From Gammaproteobacteria bacterium (GTDB lineage Bacteria > Pseudomonadota > Gammaproteobacteria > Eutrophobiales > Eutrophobiaceae): DNA of 64,000 bases. The DNA lies in contig OZ242192.1 of NCBI GenBank assembly GCA_965205955.1, positions 2,376,796 through 2,440,795 on the forward strand. The letters run 5' to 3'. The position numbers and the translations under genes are program-made. Position 1 is the first letter of the stretch, and each line of letters starts with the position of its first letter. Under the pieces are notes generated by a model. The model had not been told where the DNA came from. It searched no databases and saw nothing but the letters and a program-made list of their open reading frames with translations. Positions 56,854 to 64,000 of this stretch are shown here, piece after piece.

Positions 56854-59800
56854 TTAACCAAAACTCCATTCGCGCCAGCCTTGCAACAAAGGGAAGTATA
56901 ACCCAAGCCTGATTTGCCTGCTATCCATTGCCTGTATCAGGCCGGCATACTTTTCCAGTTGGCCCCGGTAGCGTTCCTGTTCACGATTAAGAAAAGTCTC
57001 CACATCCGCTCCTTCGTGCCGGCTGGTTTTATAGTCAATGATCCAGCGTACGCCGTCTTCATCGACAAAAGTGCGATCGATGATTATATTAATCAGCTTG
57101 CCTTCATATAATCCGCTCAACGGATATTCATTATTTTGCTGTTCATGGTCACTGAGTATCCACCGGCCACGCTCATCCTGTACTATTTTATTCAGGGCTT
57201 CGGCAATCTGGACGTCGGCCCAGGCTATTTCATTCTCCCGAATGCCCTGCTGTTTCAGCATTGCCACAAAACGTTCTTTGTTTTGCCCAATTCTTGCCTC
57301 GTTCCACGTATCCACTCCCTCTTCCGCAATCTGCCTGAGGCACTGATGCACTACTAAGCCAACATGCTTTATTGTCTCGCCCGCCCATTGGTATTCAACC
57401 AAGTCATACTCTTGTTCGCTATCCCCCATCTGCTGTTTATTCGCCCACTCTAAGGGTTTATCAGGCAATGGGCTCCGCCAGTCCGGATGAATACGATACA
57501 GTGCATTGTTTTTCATCGGGATGCCCGTCGCCATACCGGCTTCGATTTGCTCCGGGAGCTCCACTTGATAGTGTTGCCGCAATACCGGCCAGAGGTGGCT
57601 CAAGAGCGAGTGCGCTGCCGCTGCGCAAACCATGCCGCCCTCGTTACCCTGTTTACATTCGGCATGACCAATCAAGTGCAGGGATTTTGCGGCACGGGTA
57701 CCGGCAACATAAAGCAGCCGCGTTTCTTCATGATGCTTTTTTCGTTTTTCTATGCTGTCAATGTAGTTGTAGATAGGCGCGGTTTCTTCTCCGGATTCCT
57801 TTATCGGCGCCAATAGCAGATCGTTTCCCTGTTGTTGCCCATTCGACCTCAGCATCCACGCCAATAATTCAGCTTGTCCGCGTTTTTGGCCGCGACCCAG
57901 TCCCGGGACGATGACATGATCGAATTCCAGCCCCTTGGCCTTATGAATGGTCATGATCTGCAAGGCATCGCCGGCCTGTTTGTCGGGGGCGGCATATAAT
58001 TTCTGTACTTCGTCCATAAACCGCTGCGGGTTGTTCAGTTCGCCTCCACGGTCAAACTGTTCCAGCAATTCAAGATAGGTGTTGATGTTCTCCAGGTCGT
58101 GTTCCGCCGCCAGCGTAGCCGGCCCTCCGAGCCGCATCCATAATGTTTCGATGATTTTCCTCAGTGGTTGCCGCTGCTGATTGTCGAAGGCTTCCCGGAA
58201 ACATTCGATCAATTTTTGCAATCTGAGGGCAGCCTGCTTGTCCAGTTGTTGTTTCGGGGCATTTATAGCCTGCCATACCGTGCGCCTGTTCTCACGATTC
58301 ACCAGAGTGTGCATATCCTGCAGCGACAGACCGCACCAGGGCGCCCGCAATACTGCCAGCCAGGCGGTGCGATCGGCCAAATGTATATACGCACGGGTCA
58401 GGGCCAATATATCCTGTATCGCCGGGCGTTGGCCAAGCGCCTCGATCTCTATCGCCCGAAACGGCAGGTCTTGCCTCCTCAATAACGGAACCAGTTCATT
58501 TAAATGCGAACGACTGCGCACCAGTATTGCAATGCTGGCATCAGGGTCTTGCTGTCTGATAGTTTCCAGGATATTCCGCACCTGCTCGGCTTCTTCTGCA
58601 CCGTCGCCGGTAAACAGCGGATAACAGTTGACCGCCCCGCCATCCGGATTATCCTGCGCCATGGACGGCATATAGCGGACCGCCCCGGTGAGGGCATCAT
58701 CCTGATCGGGCAGTATTTCAGCAAAGCTCGTATTGACCCAATCAACCACACCCGGCAAAGAGCGGAAATTGACCGATAGCTGCAACGGCGCTAGTTCTAT
58801 CTGCCCCAGATGCTGCTGGTGGTATGTATTGATAAACAGCCCTACCTCGGCCTGGCGAAAGCGATAGATGGACTGCATAGGATCTCCCACCAGGAATAAA
58901 CTGCGGCCCTCGTCCTGCGTCCAACCTTCTGTCAACTGGCGAATCAATCGATATTGATTAATGGAAATATCCTGAAACTCATCTACCAGTATATGTTTGA
59001 TTTGATAGTCCAGATGCAGCGCCAGATCGGTCGGGGCATCCTCTTTACCCAGCGCGCAAATCGCCGCCTGGGCCATGCCGATGTAATCAATCTGGCTGTG
59101 TTCTGCGAAACACAGGCGCAACTGCGCTTCGGCAACTACCAGGCCTATGCACAGGGCGTTCACCGTTTTCCATTCCTCATCATCATAGGATGCGGCCGGC
59201 AGTATCTTTATTTCGGCAAGCTGGGAGCGCAATTCGTCGTTTGGCTTTAACTGGTTTATCAGGTCTGCAATGCGTTCTTTCATATCAGCGCGTTCCCGAC
59301 TCTCCGGCGTCTTGCCTTTCGGAGCAGGAAATCCATTGCGCTTGTCAAACGACTTTCTCCAGTCATCTTTATCGGTCAATAATAATTTGACAATGCCGGC
59401 CCATTGCTCCAGGTCTTCGATGCGGTCTCCCGGAATAGTTTCAATGGAGGCACAATTTACAATGCTGTGCGTTCCATTTTCCCGCTGCAGATTACCGGCG
59501 GCGAAACGCAGGATACCGCAAAGTTCGGCTTCGACTTCGCGCGGGAAAAGCCTTGCAAGCGCGGCAAGCTGCTCTTCGATGATATTTTGCAATGACTGCT
59601 CCAGAGCGGAACGATCCGGAACCTGCGCCACATGAGGCAGCCACTGATCGCGTTTCTTCAACATATCCACGATCAATCTTTTAATGCGGGGCAGATCGTT
59701 ATCGAGATGCAGCAGCAGGCAGGCGATCGCGTCTGCATAAGACCCCCCATTTTCAAGCTCCGCCAATGTATTGATCGCCGCCTGTTCGTATAAGGGTTCG

Positions 59801-60255
59801 GCGTCATCGACAATCTCCGGTTGCGCACCGAGAGATGACGGCACCGGCATTTGCCCGGATAACCAGGCGCAGAGTGCGTCTATGGTTTGTATGCGTAAAC
59901 GAGCGGGGTTGGCGCGTATATCCCAGTCGTGTTTTGCATCGTGTTTCAATACGGCCTCAGCCAGTTCCCAGGTTTGCCGCCGATGTTCATCCTGCGGCCG
60001 CTGCCCGGTTCTGACAGCCTCAATTGCCGCCAGAATACGGCCTTGCATTTCGGCGGCGGCCTTGCGGGTAAAGGTTACTGCGATAATCTCTTCCGGCGAA
60101 TCGACCAGAGTCAGTAGCCGCAGGTAACGCTGGGTCAACAATTCGGTTTTGCCCGAGCCCGCCGGCGCCTGAATGATGAATGACTGTCCGGGATCAATCG
60201 CCTGCAGGCGCTGTTTGTAATCGATAGGCTGCATTTTTGCTTGCTGAAACTTCAA
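56854..60255 (-). CDS. addA: ATP-dependent helicase/nuclease subunit A (AddA/RexA-like: UvrD-type SF1 helicase plus a C-terminal RecB-family nuclease)
   Basis: N-terminal FIIQAPAGSGKTELLTQRYL (Walker A), helicase motifs, and C-terminal nuclease IIDRTFVDEDGVRWIIDYKTS; 1133 aa. Confidence 0.8.
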   Translation of the reverse strand: MKFQQAKMQPIDYKQRLQAIDPGQSFIIQAPAGSGKTELLTQRYLRLLTLVDSPEEIIAVTFTRKAAAEMQGRILAAIEAVRTGQRPQDEHRRQTWELAEAVLKHDAKHDWDIRANPARLRIQTIDALCAWLSGQMPVPSSLGAQPEIVDDAEPLYEQAAINTLAELENGGSYADAIACLLLHLDNDLPRIKRLIVDMLKKRDQWLPHVAQVPDRSALEQSLQNIIEEQLAALARLFPREVEAELCGILRFAAGNLQRENGTHSIVNCASIETIPGDRIEDLEQWAGIVKLLLTDKDDWRKSFDKRNGFPAPKGKTPESRERADMKERIADLINQLKPNDELRSQLAEIKILPAASYDDEEWKTVNALCIGLVVAEAQLRLCFAEHSQIDYIGMAQAAICALGKEDAPTDLALHLDYQIKHILVDEFQDISINQYRLIRQLTEGWTQDEGRSLFLVGDPMQSIYRFRQAEVGLFINTYHQQHLGQIELAPLQLSVNFRSLPGVVDWVNTSFAEILPDQDDALTGAVRYMPSMAQDNPDGGAVNCYPLFTGDGAEEAEQVRNILETIRQQDPDASIAILVRSRSHLNELVPLLRRQDLPFRAIEIEALGQRPAIQDILALTRAYIHLADRTAWLAVLRAPWCGLSLQDMHTLVNRENRRTVWQAINAPKQQLDKQAALRLQKLIECFREAFDNQQRQPLRKIIETLWMRLGGPATLAAEHDLENINTYLELLEQFDRGGELNNPQRFMDEVQKLYAAPDKQAGDALQIMTIHKAKGLEFDHVIVPGLGRGQKRGQAELLAWMLRSNGQQQGNDLLLAPIKESGEETAPIYNYIDSIEKRKKHHEETRLLYVAGTRAAKSLHLIGHAECKQGNEGGMVCAAAAHSLLSHLWPVLRQHYQVELPEQIEAGMATGIPMKNNALYRIHPDWRSPLPDKPLEWANKQQMGDSEQEYDLVEYQWAGETIKHVGLVVHQCLRQIAEEGVDTWNEARIGQNKERFVAMLKQQGIRENEIAWADVQIAEALNKIVQDERGRWILSDHEQQNNEYPLSGLYEGKLINIIIDRTFVDEDGVRWIIDYKTSRHEGADVETFLNREQERYRGQLEKYAGLIQAMDSRQIRLGLYFPLLQGWREWSFG

Positions 60256-60342
60256 GGTTCAAGACTACTTCGCGGCATTCACCAGGTTTTCTGTGCTTGC
60301 AAGGGTGCGAGTTTCGCTTCAATATGTGCCATGAAGATACGT

Positions 60343-61179
60343 TCACTTGCTGCAATCTATCCGCAATCGGCTTCTTAGGTCATCTTGAGCCTTGAAAATT
60401 TTTGATATTAGATAAGAGGAAAAATAATCAAAATAATTTTTATAATTTAAATTCTCTCTTTTATATAGATTTTTCATAAATCTGTGAGCCTCTAATCTTG
60501 TGATCCACCATAGTCCGCCGGTTTTTTTTAACTTTGACGATATGCTATCTTCAGCATGACAATGGTAATTATAACTTTCTTCGAGAATCAAAAAATTTTC
60601 TTTCCGAAAAATTCGGGAATAAACATTAATTCTGAAATCTATTGCTAATAAGCTGTAATGTAAAGAAAAAATATTTTCATATAAACATTTGGAAAAAAAT
60701 TCCCTTTTCATGCTGATAGAGCTGGTAGGAATAATAGTAGGCCATATATTTTTTTGATACTTTCGTTTTAATTTAAACAATTTTTTTTCATCTTTTTGCA
60801 AAATTAAAACCGGTAAATCAAAAATTACTTCTTTATCATATTGTGCATATTTTTCTTTTAAGCATTGAAGTTTATTGTCTGAAAAAAAATCATCTCCGTC
60901 CAACAAACAAATCACTTCTCCTTTTGATATGTTAAAAGCCTCTATTGTTAAATCTATTTGATTTATAATCGGATAATTACTTATTCTTTCTTTTTTTATA
61001 ATTTTTAAAAAATTTGAATACCTGCTTAAAATATCTTCCGTATTGTCTGTTGACATATTATCCGCAAGAATAATTTCAAAATCTCTCTCCTTTTGACTCA
61101 AACAAGATTTAATACAACGCTCTATGTATTTCCCTTTATTAAAACTGGTAATAATTATGGAAAAATATATTTTATTCAT
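60343..61179 (-). CDS. family 2 glycosyltransferase (GT2), AT-rich, inserted between addB and addA
   Basis: FSIIITSFNKGKYIERCIKSCLSQKERDFEIILADNMSTDNTEDIL and the DxD motif LLDGDDFF; about 27% GC against about 52% flanks. Confidence 0.8.
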   Translation of the reverse strand: MNKIYFSIIITSFNKGKYIERCIKSCLSQKERDFEIILADNMSTDNTEDILSRYSNFLKIIKKERISNYPIINQIDLTIEAFNISKGEVICLLDGDDFFSDNKLQCLKEKYAQYDKEVIFDLPVLILQKDEKKLFKLKRKYQKNIWPTIIPTSSISMKREFFSKCLYENIFSLHYSLLAIDFRINVYSRIFRKENFLILEESYNYHCHAEDSISSKLKKTGGLWWITRLEAHRFMKNLYKRENLNYKNYFDYFSSYLISKIFKAQDDLRSRLRIDCSK

Positions 61180-61290
61180 TTGATGCAGATGATACAGTTT
61201 GCAGAATATTTTTTATAACACTTTATTAACCAATGAACATTGCGCTAGTCTGAAGCCGGGGACATTGGTCATAACCCGGCATATCAAAAT

Positions 61291-63924
61291 TTATGCCCGG
61301 ATGTCGGCCTTTTCATAGATCCGGCATAAGGCATGCAGGTCGCAATATCGGCAGGCCTGTTGATCTCTGGGCGCGACCGTCGCATCACCCTCGCGAAAGG
61401 CCCGGGCAAGGCCGGTCAATTTTTCCCGCCATTCTTCAAGCTGCTCCTGCCAGGAACGATCCTTGGGCCTGTTTACATTGGGGAGCAATTCCCCGTGCTC
61501 GGCAATGCCAATAAAGCGCATTGCTCCGCGCTTGATCCGGGCAAACACCACTCCGGCAATATGTCCCTCTGCGGTAATGGCATACAGAGGCAGTTGCGGT
61601 TCGCTGGGTCTTTCAGTTTGCCAGTATTGAAGGGTTGCGTTGCCGGTCTTGTAATCGATAATCACCCGTTCACCACCGGCCAACTCATCAATGCGATCAA
61701 TTCGCATAGTAATGTTTATATCGTTAAAAGCCAGTCTGTGCCATTGCTCCACCGATATGACTTTGAACGCCGTGCGTTCGCGCTCCAACATCAGCCACTC
61801 CTTCAATAAGGCGACCAGACGCTGCTGTTCCAGCTCGGCAAAGCGTCTGGTGAATGTTTCAGGCCGTATTGCCGCCTGCCGCTTCAAGGTTTTGGCAACA
61901 ACGGAATGGATTACTGTATTCATTTCATTCCCGGATTTTTGCCGGAGATTGTCCGATGTTTTCAATCTCTGCCAAAGATGCTGCAATACCTCATGCACCA
62001 GCGAGCCGCGCTCCGCTGGAGTAGGGCCGATATCCTGCAGCGACAGGCTATCCGCATGCAGTCTGTGTTTGGCAAAGGCCCTGAACGGACAGGCGGCCTG
62101 ATTCTTGAGTATAGCCGTGCCGCCACGAACAAGGCCGCTATCGGTTATTTTTGGGGCAATGTCATCGACAAAGGTCTCGAAGCGTCCGGATCTGAAGACG
62201 ACCGCCCTGAAATCGTCCGCGTCCGAATCGTGCGGTACGGTGCGCTCCTGTAGGAAATCGGCTATCAGAGGACTGGGGCGCAAATCCTGATCCTGATCCT
62301 TCCCGGCGTAACTAAAAACAATTTCTCCGGCTGAATTGGTTAATTCTTCGGTGATTTGCCTTGCCTGCTGATACTGCCGTTTGGCAGTGGCCTCCGGCAC
62401 GTCCGCTGCGGTTTGCAGCGCCAAGGGAATAAACGGGGCGGGTTTCGCCGCAGGCGGCCATTGCTGATCGTGTGCCCCCAGCACCCACAGGAAATCGAAC
62501 TGCATGCCCGCGGCACCGGGTATGCCCAGGATCTGGATCGGTGTTTCGACGGTTTCCGGCTGGAAACTGCTATCCGAAACAATTTGTGACAACCGCGACA
62601 ATGCCTGATTATAGGTGGCATTTTCACTAATCCGATCTAGACTGGAAAGCTGCTGCAGAACATCCTGCCAGGCGGTACTGATTTGGTATTCCTCACTATT
62701 TAAAGGCCGCTCCCCCGGCCAGCCTAACTGCGCCAGCCATTCGGAAAATGTCTTTGCCCAGTCATGTAGCGATTGTTTTTCCGGGGTACTCAAGAAATGC
62801 GTATGGAATTTCTTGAGACTCCGAATGAATATGGGGCATTGTTTGTGCGATCCGGCTTGTTTCTCCGCGAATTGAAACAAGGTCTTTACAGTCAGGGATT
62901 TTTCTCCGTATTCACGCAGGCAGGCATCGAATGACGCGCGCTTGAACCGCTCTGCATCTCTTCCCGATAAATAAGGGGAAAGCAATACTGTGCTGAGCTG
63001 ACTCAATGGAATTTTTCTTCTACCCAATGCCAACAGTGTCATGGCAACATGGACCATTCCATAGCTTGATAAGGGCCTGCCCAATGAAATGGTATAGGGC
63101 TTGACTTCGGTATCTTCAAATTGAATCAATGATTCCGGTGCCAGTACGCCGGAAAATTCACTTTCGATAAGCGCTCGCTGGGATTTTAAATTGAGCGCGA
63201 TAATGCCTATTCTTGCTTCAGGGCCGTCTATCAATTTTTGTTTTGCCCATTGTGCCGCCCGCCTGATCTCGTCGCGGCTATCGGATGCGGCAAATGCCTC
63301 AGCCGATCGATTCTTTTGGCAAATAGCGGCTTTGCTGACACGGCAGCCTGCAGCCATTAATGCCTGAATCAAGGTTTGTTGCTGTGCGGTGTGGCGATCA
63401 AAACCGTACAATACTATATGTCGATCGGTCTGCCGGCTTAGGTTATCGGCAATGTGATCGGGCAGGCTGAAACTGTCCACCCAGTTATTGTCAGCCAGTG
63501 TGCGTTCATAGTCTTGTACCCACATACGGAAGTTATATGCATCATCATTCAAATATATATCTTCGGGAAATACCGGGATCCCCGCGCTTTTGCAGGTTTG
63601 ATAACTGTGTATCGCAAGCCTTGCCGTCGCAATTGGATACAGGCACTGAGCGACAAAATTCGACCGCTGCACCACGTTTTGCCATAATGCCTGTTGCTGA
63701 CAGTTGTTCAATAAAATCGGCTGCCGCTCCATGGTGAATGACATCGCCTGCCATTCGCGCCTGCACCAGCCGGTCCAGGATATAACATCCGGCGTTTTCC
63801 ATGCTGTTTCGGACGTTTGCAGTCGCAACATGGCATAACCATAGCGCAGATGGCGGCTTAAACGTTGCGTTGGTGTGATGATCTCGGCGGCATCCGATAT
63901 ATGCCGGATAATATCCTCATTCAT
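61291..63924 (-). CDS. addB: helicase/nuclease subunit B (AddB-like) with a RecB-family nuclease and an Fe-S cluster cysteine motif
   Basis: The C-terminus has ...ACPFRAF...IDRIDELAGGERVIIDYKTG...CRYCDLHALC; 877 aa. Confidence 0.75.
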   Translation of the reverse strand: MNEDIIRHISDAAEIITPTQRLSRHLRYGYAMLRLQTSETAWKTPDVISWTGWCRREWQAMSFTMERQPILLNNCQQQALWQNVVQRSNFVAQCLYPIATARLAIHSYQTCKSAGIPVFPEDIYLNDDAYNFRMWVQDYERTLADNNWVDSFSLPDHIADNLSRQTDRHIVLYGFDRHTAQQQTLIQALMAAGCRVSKAAICQKNRSAEAFAASDSRDEIRRAAQWAKQKLIDGPEARIGIIALNLKSQRALIESEFSGVLAPESLIQFEDTEVKPYTISLGRPLSSYGMVHVAMTLLALGRRKIPLSQLSTVLLSPYLSGRDAERFKRASFDACLREYGEKSLTVKTLFQFAEKQAGSHKQCPIFIRSLKKFHTHFLSTPEKQSLHDWAKTFSEWLAQLGWPGERPLNSEEYQISTAWQDVLQQLSSLDRISENATYNQALSRLSQIVSDSSFQPETVETPIQILGIPGAAGMQFDFLWVLGAHDQQWPPAAKPAPFIPLALQTAADVPEATAKRQYQQARQITEELTNSAGEIVFSYAGKDQDQDLRPSPLIADFLQERTVPHDSDADDFRAVVFRSGRFETFVDDIAPKITDSGLVRGGTAILKNQAACPFRAFAKHRLHADSLSLQDIGPTPAERGSLVHEVLQHLWQRLKTSDNLRQKSGNEMNTVIHSVVAKTLKRQAAIRPETFTRRFAELEQQRLVALLKEWLMLERERTAFKVISVEQWHRLAFNDINITMRIDRIDELAGGERVIIDYKTGNATLQYWQTERPSEPQLPLYAITAEGHIAGVVFARIKRGAMRFIGIAEHGELLPNVNRPKDRSWQEQLEEWREKLTGLARAFREGDATVAPRDQQACRYCDLHALCRIYEKADIRA

Positions 63925-64000
63925 CGGTGCAGTACCGGGAATTGCTATTTGACGATATTGATTTCGTCTGACCTGAGCGTCTCCGTATATGTATCATGCA

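Larger units (their letters stand above)
52365..56906. repeat. four-copy tandem gene amplification (unit roughly 1.1-1.17 kb) with co-amplified junction fragments
   Basis: The inter-copy spacers (53434-53624, 54603-54756, 55708-55862) each contain a copy of the addA 3' end, aaaaactccattcgcgccagcc (encoding ...GWREWSF), and a copy of the cysG 5' end, atatctatggatatagataaataagccagtttatttattcg. The originals are at 56854-56880 and 52365-52410. Confidence 0.8.

Overview
This 64-kb window is about 50% GC, with several sharply AT-rich islands, and looks like a proteobacterial chromosome. All calls were made by eye from motifs and the six-frame ORF track; no database search was run.

The window contains six blocks:

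(1) A complete type II CRISPR-Cas locus lies between ispG and guaB. A minus-strand tracrRNA (anti-repeat, three hairpins, a terminator) sits upstream of cas9. cas9, cas1 and a frameshifted cas2 follow. The array has 19 repeats and 18 spacers; its 36-bp repeats carry Neisseria-like embedded TGnTACAAT promoters, so crRNAs are made antisense to the cas operon.

(2) A housekeeping block: guaB, guaA, folB, folK, a pteridine-reductase-like SDR, a MidA-family methyltransferase, uppP, a DUF924 gene, cca, an NDUFA9-like gene and slt.

(3) A roughly 15-kb type I restriction-modification defence island, all on the minus strand: hsdM, a truncated rhuM, hepT/mntA, hsdS, a DUF3644 gene, an orphan AT-rich gene, dinD, a DUF4143 ATPase and hsdR. 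hsdR carries an in-frame DUF559 domain bounded by inverted hairpin repeats. The same hairpin family is expanded in-frame in hsdM. Upstream of the island is an archaeal-type ATPase gene whose promoter and start region is tandemly repeated about 5.6 times (106-bp unit).

(4) A roughly 6-kb segment bracketed by two diverged copies of the tauE 5' end. It holds a NERD-SF1 helicase (Nhi-like), an XRE-ImmA regulator, an IS481-like transposase remnant, an ABM monooxygenase and a TPR protein.

(5) Metabolic genes: a bacterial cereblon/CULT homologue, yjbQ, a DUF427 gene, an aldoxime dehydratase, hemH, a squalene/phytoene-synthase-like gene, icd, aceK and cysG.

(6) An addB-addA recombination-repair operon invaded by AT-rich glycosyltransferase genes. 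A GT2 gene sits between addB and addA. Four tandem mosaic GT8-like paralogues lie between addA and cysG, and their junctions carry co-amplified fragments of addA 3' and cysG 5'.
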